Source of the DNA: Phyllobates terribilis
Taxonomy: Eukaryota
Length of the DNA: 64,000 nt
Reading direction: 5' to 3'
Assembly (NCBI RefSeq): GCF_046119375.1
Contig: NW_027362767.1
Span: forward strand, 389,174,001-389,238,000
Position 1 is the first letter of the stretch. Each line of letters starts with the position of its first letter. The notes under the pieces are model-generated. The model was not told where the DNA came from and did no database searches. It saw only the letters and a list, made by a program, of their open reading frames with translations. Positions 38,957 to 50,040 of this stretch are shown one piece after another. The position numbers and the translations under genes were made by a program.

Positions 38957-40535
38957 CACTGCTCAAAAAAAATAAAGGGAACACTCAAATAACACATCCT
39001 AGATCGGAATGAATGAAATATTCTCATTGAATACTTTGTTCTGTACAAAGTTGAATGTGCTGACAACAAAATCACACAAATCATCAATGGAAATCAAATT
39101 TATTAACCAATGGAGGCCTGGATTTGGAGTCACCCCCAAAATTAAAGTGGAAAAACACACTACAGGCTGATCCAACTTTGATGTAATGTCCTTAAAACAA
39201 GTCAAAATGAGTCTCAGTATTGTGTGTGGCCTCCACATGCCTGTATGACCTCCCTACAATGCCTGGGCATGCCCCTGATGAGGTTGTGGATGGTCTCCTG
39301 TGGGAACTCCTCCCAGACCTGGACTAAAGCATCCGCCAACTCCTGGACAGTCTGTGGTGCAACGTGACGTTGGTGGATGGAGCGAGACATGATGTCCCAG
39401 ATGTGCTCAATCGGATTCAGGTCTGGGGAACGGGCTGACCAGTCCATTGCTTCAATGCCTTCATCTTGCAGGAACTGCTGACACACTCCAGCCACATGAG
39501 GTCTGGCATTGTCCTGCATTAGGAGGAACCCAGGGCCAACCGCACCAGCATATGATCTCGCAAGGGATCTGAGGACCTCATCTCGATACCTAATGGCAGT
39601 CAGGCTACCTCTGGCGAGCACATGGAGGGCTGTGCGGCCCTCCAAAGAAATGCCACCCCACACCATTACTGAACCACTGCCAAACCGGTCATGCTGAAGG
39701 ATGTTGCAGGCATCAGATCGCTCTCCACTGCGTCTCCAGACTCTGTCACGTCTGTCACATGTGCTCAGTGTGAACCTGCTTTCATCTGTGAAGAGCACAG
39801 GGCGCCAGTGGCGACTTTGCCAATCCTGGTGTTCTGTGGCAAATGCCAAGCGTCCTGCACGGTGTTGGGCTGTGAGCAAAACCCCCATCTGTGGCTGTCG
39901 GGCCCTCATACCACCCTCAAGGAGTTGGTTTTTAACTGTTTGTGCAGACACATGCACATTTGTGGCCTGCTGGAGGTCATTTTGCAGGGCTCTGGCAGTG
40001 CTCCTCCTGTTCCTCCTTGTACAAAGGTGGAGGTAGCGGTCCTGCTGCTGGGTTGTTGCCCTCCTACGGCCACCTCCATGTCTCCTGGTGTACTGGCCTG
40101 TCTCCTGGTAGCGCCTCCAGCCTCTGGACACTACGCTGACAGACACAGCAAACCTTCTTGCCACACCTCGCATTGATGTGCCAACCTACATGAGCTGCAC
40201 TACCTGAGCAAATTCTGTGGGTTGTAGAGTCCGTCTCATGCTACCACGAGTGTGAAAGCACAACCAACATTCAAAAGTGACCAAAACATCAGCCAGAAAG
40301 CATTGGTACTGAGATGTGGTCTGTGGTCCCCACCTGCAGAACCACTCCTTTATTGAGGGTGTCTTGATAATTGCCAATAATTTCCATCTATTGTCTATTC
40401 CATTTGCACAACAGCATGTGAAATTGGTTGTCAATCAGTGTTGCTTCCTAAGTGGACAGTTTGATTTCACAGAAGTTTGATTTACTTGGAGTTATATACT
40501 GTTGTTTAAGTGCTCCCTTTATTTTTTGAGCAGTG
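38957..40535 (-). mobile_element. Full-length 1579-bp Tc1-family DNA transposon
   Basis: About 36-bp imperfect TIRs beginning CACTGCTCAAAAAA. TA on both sides (38955-56, 40536-37). Internal DD34E transposase. Confidence 0.96.
39214..40239 (-). pseudogene. Tc1 DD34E transposase, 341 codons, one premature stop at codon 18 (40188-40186); a 319-aa ORF remains open from ATG 40173
   Basis: [29 protein letters not shown] is in one frame. Motifs [17 protein letters not shown] and SPDLNPIEH are present, with exactly 34 residues between the second D and the E. Confidence 0.92.
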
Positions 40536-40537
40536 TA

Positions 40538-40800
40538 ATGATGTATTTCTACAACAAGGTCTTACCTAAATGCATTCAAAAGATGAGTACCCAATACTGA
40601 CCCCTGTGGTTATTAAAAAGATGAGGGCCCAATACAGACCCCTGTGGTATCCCAGTGCCAACCGTGACCCAAACAATGTGTTCCATTAAAAAACAACCTC
40701 TTTTTTCTCTCATTGAGCAACTCATTAACACATTTAAACATATTTTACCTAAGTCTATTGATCCCAATTTATGTAATAACTTGTTAAATATTTCTTGAAG
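40538..40800 (-). mobile_element. CR1-type LINE RT fragment, part upstream of the Tc1 insertion
   Basis: Minus-strand LLHKLGS...VTVGTGIPQGSVLGPHLFN. It joins across the Tc1 TA site to ...DLVVEIHHYISTSLFADD. Confidence 0.8.
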
Positions 40801-42574
40801 TGACCACTGAAAGGAGGAAATAGAAAAAACAAACAAAAGGCACTATCCAAGTGTTATATATTTTAATGTATGGAATAGGCATATATGCTCACCCGTTAAG
40901 CTGTCATTGGGAACAACACAAATAAACACATGTATATGACAAGGTAGAGTGCTTGATGCTGGTGCGTTCATCCTCTGGTACCCTTTCAAACAGAACCTGA
41001 GAATAGTGAATGATTAACCCTGGCAAGAGAATACCTTTGACATCTCAGATCTACTCCCTGTTTATGATAAAAAAGATGTAATTCCGAAAGAAATACAACA
41101 GAATTTATAAGTGTATAAACAAAAACGCCTTTCGGCTCAAGCCTTAGCCAATGAAAAACCACTTTCCTACTGTTTAGTGTTTTTGCAACCCCTCTACTAA
41201 TAATTTTAATAAAGGATAAATGGTTTAATATTATGGTTATTATTAGATTCTTCATATGTTTACTTTATGGGTAGATTTTCAACAGCTTCCATTATAATTG
41301 TATGTTAGACTAGACTCCTATTGGAATCCTTGTTCCACACAGGGGATTCAATCCAATAATTTTCTGGTTACACTCAATTGATTCCCAGATTATGAAATGC
41401 TAATTCTCCTGCTCTATAACATGCCATCCACGTGTAGGACAACATGTTCAGCGTGACAGACCAAATCTTGCCACAAGCCTGCTAGCTGAGCCACGTGACA
41501 CCCTTAAGAACATATGTAATACGAATGCACGGTCAACTCACTATTCTATTTTGAACCATGTCAAATTGAAAATAATGATGATTTAGGGATTATTTTTTTA
41601 ATATAAATGCTAATTTATGGGAAGAACCCATGCTGAGATTTTTGTACTCTTTTAGTATCGGGAGAGACAGGTGTGAAATGTCATAATCGCAAAGAATTAT
41701 CTTTTGCTTATGGAAGTACTTGAAACTGTATGTTTAAGCATAAAACAAATGTACTTTAAATTAATATTATAGTTATATAGGACAGTTTGCACCATGCTTT
41801 TATGGAGACTTATGGAGTCCCTGTATCTTTACACCATTGAGATTTTGGGATTTCATTTGCTACTATATGGCATTTCCATAAGACATCTTACAATGATATT
41901 TTGTAACGAAAAGTTGCTGTTCCCATAGTAAACTTTTTAATGCACCTCAACTAACAAGGCAATTACTATACACCATATAAAAGTTTTGGTGAAGGAATAT
42001 TAATAAAAATCTGATGGACAGTTCTGGTGACATGCTCCTCTGTCAACGTCCATTTTGAGAACAGGAGAACTTTGGAGTCTGTGAGGACGGCTGTAATACC
42101 AAGTGCAGGAGGAGAATTTGATATAAATTTGCTTTTTTCCAAAGGTAATGACTATGTAACAATGTAACCTGTAATACTTCTATATTAAAAGGTGTCATGC
42201 AATCACATCCCCAACACATTTGTTAAAATAAAAATAATGTGTACAAATCTTTAAACCCTTCAGTATTTTAGTATTTCTTTGTTTAAAGAATCTTAAATCC
42301 AATTTCAGTAAAAATCCAAAAGTTGTAGAAAGAAGATTTGCCTTTTGAAAAAATGCATCAGCATGGGGTTTTTTTGTAAGAGAAAAGCAGGAGAGGCTCC
42401 AGCAAGAAGAAAAAGTTATGGAAGTTGTGTATGGTGGCCATGCAGCTTCAAATATCAGATATCTCACATGCACTTGATACTGCTAATTTCAAGAACAGTT
42501 ATCATCAGAAAACATCATAGGTTTTAGTATTAAATGCATTTTTTTATATTTCACTATATATTTTTTTTTTGTCA

Positions 42575-43028
42575 ATTTTTTTTTGTCCATATTGCAATCT
42601 GTATTAAAAATAACTATTAGAAGTCTTGTAATGTTAACAATGGCCACTGGGACTTTTTAGACTCTAACTTCTTGTTGTTTCAAGAAATCCACTTGTACAT
42701 TAGCAGCAGTGAACAGGCTCTAACCTGATCTTTTATATTGAAGCATCTAATGAGCATGTGCAAAGGTCATTTTAAAGGGTGGGGGAGCAAGGTCAGCTGT
42801 GACATCACCTAGAATGAATGGTGGATCTTGAGTTTTCAGCTGAGTGTAGAGGTGTTACCTGCCATTGTAATCCTCCCTCTAATGATAAGCAGCCTGCTGA
42901 AAACTCTTCAGGAAAGGACAGGAAGTTTAAGTCTATAAAAACCCCAGTGGCCAGTGTAAAAATTAGAAATTTTCTTTTTTAATAGAGACCATGATATGAA
43001 AAAAAAACATTGCCAATATTTCTTTAAA
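42575..43028. mobile_element. Degenerate MITE with inverted arms
   Basis: tggccactgggactttttagactctaacttcttg (42641-42674) pairs with caggaagtttaagtctataaaaaccccagtggcca (42919-42953). The outer ends are poorly defined. Confidence 0.5.
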
Positions 43029-43141
43029 AATACATGTAACACAAAAAAAGAACTAAACAATTGATCATTTTCTGATGAAAGCTTCAATTTAAACAATGGG
43101 TAGAGAAACTTTTATAAGGGCTTATTGAATTACTTCTTTAA

Positions 43142-43587
43142 AGAATAACTCCCATCAAAGTTTTTATCCTCTTAATATATTGCAGTCACCATATTATATA
43201 GCACTGTGTACTTACAATTGCTCCTTTTGCCTTTCTACCCAGCTAATTCTTCTCTTTTCTCTGCTCTATGTAGAAACAGGAAGTCTCTGTTCCCTGCATG
43301 AATCATTTTCCTTTTCAGCTTCTGACTGAGCTGCTCCCTCCTCCTCCTTCCAGGGACTTTTGCAGTGACTTATGACTCATAAAGGGAAACCTGACCTCCT
43401 GTTTCTACATAGGGCTTAGAAGGATTCAGCTAGTCAGTTTTATTCATGTGATGTCATAGAACTAATGGAAAAGAAAATAATTATCAGGGTAGAAAGGCAA
43501 AATTGAAAGTACACAGTGCTGTATAGTATAATGATTGCAATATATTAAGAGGTTAAAAACTTTGATGGGAGGAGGAGGAGTGCTTCT
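43142..43587. mobile_element. 446-bp TTAA-target MITE (T2/Kolobok-like) with about 100-bp imperfect TIRs
   Basis: TTAA at 43138-41 and 43588-91. The left arm ctcccatcaaagtttttatcctcttaatatattgca...gcctttctaccc is mirrored at the right end. Confidence 0.75.
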
Positions 43588-45399
43588 TTAATGTAAAGTT
43601 TGTCCACGTCATGAACACATTTCTTGTATTATTAGATTCGATTATTTCAGCCTTCAATTGTTTAATTTTGTATATGTGGATTTATGTATTGTGAATTCTC
43701 AGTACTGAATTCCAACAGATTTCTTAGAATTCATGTATTCCTTATTGTATTTCTTTTCTGCATTGCTGCTGTGTTACGTTGCTTGTGTACAGATATTTTC
43801 TTTTTTGCACGCAGTGCTATCCAATAACTCTTCAATCTCCAAGCTTTCTTATGGTAATAATAAAATTTTGTTTTGCATGACTGGACTTTTTTTTAACGCC
43901 CCTAAACGCTCTCAGAAGTACAGCTAATAGCAAAGCGAAATTTGTAAAAGGCAAAGTTCTCTAATTTTGAGCACATTAGCCATTTTCAGCAATAAACTCA
44001 CTGTGTTAAAAATTGAATTTTTTTTTATACCTTTGCCTGACAAAAAAAAAAATTCAAAATCTAGCTCGAAAATTTTCCTTAAAATTCCCAACTTTCTTCT
44101 GAAATAACAAGAATCATCATGATGTGAAACTTCATCAACAGAGTTCTCTTTGGTAAACATTCAAGTAGATTGTTCCCTAGATAATTCAACTTCTGACAAC
44201 TGTGAAACAGGATTAGTAGATTCAAATGTAATGTCCTTGTGAGGCCACTGGCTCAAAAGGCTGCCTTGGACAGACTTGGCACAAGCCACTCCATCTGGAA
44301 GATTCTAGAGAAATTCCAATATCCAATGACTCCTAACTGGTTTTACAATAGGGGACCCAGTAGAAAGCTACCATGGAAAGGCTGTCTTCCGAAGGCAAGT
44401 AAGGTTGCCAAGCATGGTCAGAGGGGGGTCTCTGCGCTGCAATACATTTCAGTTGAATGTGCTTCCTTGAAGCACATCAAGGTGAAATAGGCTCTGGCGT
44501 CAGCGGGCCACCCTCCCACATAGGCCTGGTCTCAGTCACACTATTAGGACCCTGAATCCTCCTATATTACAAAACTTTAATATAAATTATAAATGATGAC
44601 TAAGAAGCTAAGAATATCTGCTTTATATAATGTCATTTACATTTCACACCAAATTGAGTTTCTAATTTATTTCTGAGTTATTAACTATTTTTAATATTAA
44701 TTAGTTTCTGAATTATTAATTTATTTTTCTTCTTAGGAACCCTTGACATCCAGTGACTGTTGTACTGACATTCTTTGGAGAAAACAATTCAGAGGGCTTA
44801 GTTTCCATCTATACAGACATGTTCATCTTTTCTTGGGTGCTTTATATATTATGCACATTGGTAATTTCATTGAAGTTATTTGTGAATTACCCTCACAAAA
44901 AGACCTTAGTTGGAAATATAATTGGCTCCGAACCAACTTCAATTGGAGTTATTTTCTACTGGAGCCGGGAGGCGCATTATTGCACCAGGACCTGAACACT
45001 GGAGGACCCCCATGGTGGCTGAGTCTTACGATTAGTGTTGAGCGATACCTTCCGATATCGGGAAATATCGGATCGGATTGGATCAGACCGATACCCAAAA
45101 AGTATCGGATATCGCCGATTCCGATACCAGAAACAAATGCAAGTCAATGGGACAGAAATATCGGAATAAAAATAAACCCTTTCTTTCCTTGTAGGTTAAT
45201 TCTACATGAAGGAAAACAACTAAGAATAATGTAGAATGTATTGGGGGAGGTGGGGGAGACAATAAAGGCATAGACGTTTAGCCCAATCAAATGGAATAGC
45301 AGGAATTAATATTTTTTTGAAGACGTTCGGAGTCACGGAAATATTGACTATGTTAAGCTTTTTATATTTTGTCAGATATTTATGTTTCACTACTTCCAT

Positions 45400-45615
45400 G
45401 CTCTTCACCTTCTTTTTTACTTCTCCCACACCTTCTCCTTCATCATCCTCAGCATCAGCATCTTTTTCATCAACTTCTTCTTCACCTTCTTCATCTTCTT
45501 CTTCTTCACCTTCTTCGTATTATTCTTTTTTTTTACATTCTTCATATTCAACTATTATTCTTCTTCATATTCTACTTCTTCATCTTCTTCATATTCTTCT
45601 ACTTCATCATATTCT
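45400..45615. repeat. TTC/TCA/TAT-rich low-complexity tract
   Basis: Directly visible. Confidence 0.8.
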
Positions 45616-45954
45616 TATTTGTGACAGGCATTTCTGTAGTTGTTATCTATAAAAGTTTGAACATTACACCTTTTGTTCTGCCCGTCACAAAAGATTTACA
45701 ACAGGATTTGTCCGCGTTCAGTTTGGCCTGCAGCAGCAGGTCTTTTCCAGGGGCACCACGAGGAGGAACGGACTCACCCCCATACACTGCTTAGTCATCT
45801 TCTGCTTATAATTTAGATAATATCTTTTGCTCTGATTTTTAGTCTTATGCTTAATTTTCTTCTGCTTTTTGTTCTGCAGCTTCTTGTACTTCAGCTTCTT
45901 GGTTTTCTGTCTCTTGTTCTTCTGTATCTTGGTGGTTGTTTTCTTGTTCTTTGT

Positions 45955-46340
45955 CCTCTTCGTCAACTTCTTCAGGGTCATCTTCTTGGTCTTCTTCGGG
46001 GTGGTCTTCAGGGTCGTCGTCTTCAGGGTCGTTGTCTTCGGGGTCCTCATCTTCTTCGGGGTGGTCTTCAGGGTCCTTGTCTTCAGGGTCGTTGTCTTCG
46101 GGGTCCTCGTCTTCTTCGGGGTGGTCTTCAGCGTCCTCGTGTTCAGGGTCGTCGTCTTCGGGGTCCTCGTCTTCTTCGGGGTGGTCTTCAGGGTCGTCGT
46201 TTTCAGGGTTGTCGTCTTCAGGGTCCTCGTCTTCTTCGGGGTGGTCTTCAGGGTCCTCGTCTTCAGGGTCGTCATCTTCGGGGTCCTCGTCTTCTTCAGG
46301 TTGGTCTTCAGGGTCCTCGTCTTCAGGGTCCTCGTCAGGG
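45955..46340. repeat. 60-bp tandem repeat (4 x 15-bp subunits), about 6 copies
   Basis: cttcttc(g/a)gg(g/t)tggtcttca recurs at 45991, 46051, 46111, 46171, 46231 and 46291. The minus strand reads (EDPEDDDPEDEDPEDHPEED)n. Confidence 0.92.
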
Positions 46341-46394
46341 AGATCCTGAGTGATTACCAAGAACCATTTCAAAAAGCTTGAACTTGGAAATGTA

Positions 46395-47210
46395 GCAGAA
46401 GGTACAAGAAGGCTGAGGAGCTGCCGAGCACCAGCTGATGGTACTGGAACCCGGATGGGTAGCAGAAGGTACAAGAGCCAATGGAACTGCGGAGGACCAG
46501 CTGACGGTACTGGAACTCGGTTACTAAGCAGGAGGTACCTGTGCCAGAAAGTACTACCAAGGACCAGCAGATGTTTGTGGAACTTGGATACCGAGGAGGA
46601 GGCACCTAAGCCAAAGGCACTGTCGAGAACCAGCTGACGGTACTGGAACCCGGATGGGTAGCAGAAGGTACAAGAGCCAATGGAACTACCGAGGAACAGC
46701 TTACGGTACTGGAACTCAGTTACTAAGCAGGAGGTACCTGTGCCAGAAAGCACTACCAAGGACCAGCAGACATTGGTGGAACTTGGATACTGAGAAGGAG
46801 GCACCTAAGCCAAAGGCACTGCCGAGAACCAGCTCACGGTACTGGAACCCGGATGGGTAGTAGAAGGTACAAGAGCAAATGGAACTACCGATGACCAGCT
46901 GACGGTACTGGAACCCGGATGGGTAGCAGAAGGTACAAGAGCCAATGGAACTACCGAGGACCAGCTGACGGTACTGGAACTCGGTTACTAAGCAGGAGGT
47001 ACCTGTGCCAGAAAGCACTACCAAGGACCAGCAGACGTTGGTGGAACTTGGATACTGAGAAGGAGGCACCTAAGCCAAAGGCACTGCCGAGAACCAGCTG
47101 AAGGTACTGGAACCCGGATGGGTAGTAGAAGGTACAAGAGCAAATGGAACTACCGAGGACCAGCTGACGGTACTGGAAACCGGATGGGTAGCAGAAGGTA
47201 CCCATGTAAA
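46395..47210. repeat. Composite tandem array of 66-bp and 133-bp units (199-bp composite)
   Basis: The core ccagctgacggtactggaac occurs, with a few variant bases, at 46431, 46497, 46630, 46696, 46829, 46895, 46961, 47094 and 47160. Spacings are 66,133,66,133,66,66,133,66. Confidence 0.92.
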
Positions 47211-47426
47211 AAAAGGTTGCAAGGCCGTGAGCCGGCCGCAGTTACCAAAGCCCACAGTCCTACAGGGGGTGCTTGTCCTATTGGCACTATGGAACCAGCC
47301 TTCATTGCCAGATCCCGCAGCCCACATAGGAGTCACCTAAACTGCAGACACCATAGAGTCAGCTAACCTGACCGCAACACGACAGGACAATGCATTGGAG
47401 GCAAAGTGACATTGACACTACCCGGA

Positions 47427-49480
47427 AACAGCTGACGTGCTGGAACCAGGCTGGGCAGGAGGGAGTACCCGTGCCAAAGACACTGCTGGGAAACAGCTGG
47501 CGGTGCTGGAACCCAGGGTAAATACTAAAAACAGAGTGGAGCCAGAGGCGTAATTGGAGCTACTTTAAAATCTGTAGTAGTGTGAATGTGGACAGAGCAG
47601 GAGAATTTGCCGGACACACAGCAGGGGAACAGCTGACGTTACTGAACCCAAATAACACTGGAGCAAGCGTTGACTGTGCAGATGGCACTTCTGAGCAGCA
47701 ACTAGCGGTATTGGAGCCCAGGGTAAATACTAAAAACAGAGGAGCCAGAGGTGTAATTGGAGCAAGTTTTAAATCAGTAGTACAGTGGATGTGGACAAAG
47801 CAGGAAAATTTGCCGGACACACAGCTGGGGATCAGCTGACATTACTGAACCCCAATAACACTGGAGCAAGCGTTGACTGTGCAGACGGCACTTCTGAGCA
47901 GCAATAGCGGTATTGGAGCCCAGGGTAAATACTAAAAACAGAGGAGCCAGAGGTGTAATTGGAGCAAGTTTTAAATCAGTAGTACAATGGATGTGGACAA
48001 AGCAGGAGAATTTGCCGGACACACAGCTGGGGATCAGCTGACGTTACTGAACCCCAATAACACAGGAGCAAGCGTTGACTGTGCAGACGGCACTTCTGAG
48101 CAGCAACTAGCGGTATTGGATCCCAGGGATAATACTAAAAACAGAGGAGCCAGAGGTGTAATTGGAGCAAGTTTTAAATCAGTAGTACAGTGGATGTGGA
48201 CAAAGCAGGAGAATTTGCCGGACACACAGCTGGGAATCAGCTGACGTTACTGAACCCCAATAACACTGGAGCAAGCGTTGACTGTGCAAACGGCACTTCT
48301 GAGCAGCAACTAGCGGTATTGGATCCCAGGAATAATACTAAAAACAGAGGAGCCAGAGGTGTAATTGGAGCAAGTTTTAAATCAGTAGTACAGTGGATGT
48401 GGACAAAGCAGGAGAATTTGCCGGACACACAGCTGGGGATCAGCTGACGTTACTGAACCCCAATAACACTGGAGCAAGCGTTGACTGTGCAGACGGCACT
48501 TCTGAGCAGCAACTAGCGGTATTGGAGCCAAGGGATAATACTAAAAACAGAGGAGCCAGAGGTGTAATTGGAGCAAGTTTTAAATCAGTAGTACAGTGGA
48601 TGTGGACAAAGCAGGAGAATTTGCCGGACACACAGCTGGGGATCAGCTGACGTTACTGAACCCCAATAACACTGGAGCAAGAATTGACTGTGCAGACAGC
48701 ACTTCTGAGCAGCAACTAGCGGTATTGGAGCCCAGGGTAAATACTGAAAACAGAGGAGCCAGAGGTGTAATTGGAGCAAGTTTTAAATCAGTAGTACAGT
48801 GGATGTGGACAAAGCAGGAGAATTTGCCGGACACACAGCTGGGGATCAGCTGACGTTACTGAACCCCAATAACACTGGAGCAAGCGTTGACTGTGCAGAC
48901 GGCACTTCTGAGCAGCAACTAGCAGTATTGGAGCCCAGGGTAAATACTGAAAACAGAGGAGCCAGAGGTGTAATTGGAGAAAGTTTTAAATCAGTAGTAC
49001 AGTGGATGTGGACAAAGCAGGAGAATTTGCCGGACACACAGCTGGGGATCAGCTGACGTTACTGAACCCCAATAACACGGCAGCAAGTGTTGACTGTGCA
49101 GACAGCACTTCTGAGCACCAACTGGCGGTGTTGGAGCTCAGGGATAATACTGAAAACAGAGGAGCCAGAGGTGTAATTGGAGCAACTTTAAAATCTGTAG
49201 TAGTGTGAATGTGGACAGAGCAGGAGAAATTGCCGTCCGCACAGCAGGGGAACAGCTGACGTTACTGATCCCCAATAACACGGCAGCCAGTGTTGACTGT
49301 GCAGACAGCACTTCTGAGCTCCAACTGGCGGTGTTGGAGCTCAGGGATATTACTGAAAACAGAGGAGCCAGAGGTGTAATTGGAGCAACTTTAAAATCTG
49401 TAGTAGTGTGAATGTGGACAGAGCAGGAGAAATTGCCATCCGCACAGCAGGGGAACAGCTGACGTTACTGAACCCCAACC
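47427..49480. repeat. 203-bp tandem array, about 10 copies
   Basis: Near-identical ORFs recur every 203 bp (47987, 48190, 48393, 48596, 48799, 49002, 49205, 49408). Confidence 0.95.
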
Positions 49481-49912
49481 AGACGTGGCTGAAGCACACA
49501 CTACGGCGTGAGCTGCACTCACACACAGAGACCTTGCAGACAGGCGTGAACTGCAGAGCACTGTGCACTAGCGCTGCAAGACAAAAAAAAAATTCTCTAT
49601 CTACTCCTATATAGTGTGTTTGGATCCAATTTAGCTGAATACAGATGGAACAACCACACTAATAGGAGATATCAGGAAAAATTATGAATTAGCAAAAAAG
49701 GACAATGTATGAGGCAGTGACACACACTGAGCGCACTACAACCAGACGTGGATGAAGCAGTGAACAGCACAGAGAACTGTGCACTAGCGCTGCAAGGCAC
49801 AGCGATTTATAAAGTAGCTTGGGTAAAGCAGAATAGACCAAATAGGTAGCTAAAACTGTCCCTCAGAATAACAGCGTCCTATCCCTAACTGAATTCACAG
49901 CAGAGTGAGCTC

Positions 49913-50040
49913 AAAATGGCGGCGGCTTTTATAGTGCGTCATGACATCATTTCAGCAGCCAATCACAGCCATGCCATTAGTTAACATGCCTACATGCCTA
50001 ACAGGATGTGCCCACACTTCTTAGGATCCTCATTGGCTGA
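49913..50040 (-). promoter_or_regulatory. Putative inward-facing Pol II promoter of element C
   Basis: On the minus strand: CCAAT (about 50036-50032), an inverted CCAAT (49959-63), TGACG, TATAAAA (49933-49927) and a YY1-like GCCGCCATTTT (49923-49913), in promoter order. Motif match only. Confidence 0.4.

Noticed and set aside
41120-41152. Possible Penelope-associated hammerhead ribozyme on the minus strand (ggct-tg-agcc-gaaa)
   Set aside because: A stem II and GAAA are present, but the CUGANGA core is missing and no convincing RT or GIY-YIG frame was found nearby. At most a decayed remnant.
42065-42121. Alternative frame ENFGVCEDGCNTKCRRRI* as a cysteine-peptide terminal exon
   Set aside because: It is too short, has no recognisable family or upstream signal-peptide exon, and the other frame fits the splice sites equally well.
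44170-44560. Possible decayed LTR-retrotransposon RT fragment
   Set aside because: Only vague motif hints (AYF, KTAF) in different frames, which cannot be supported without a search.
47560-49614. Tandem 63-85 aa ORFs as a repeated gene cluster
   Set aside because: They are translations of the 203-bp array inside a TSD-bounded transposon; 203 is not a multiple of 3, so the frame shifts each unit.
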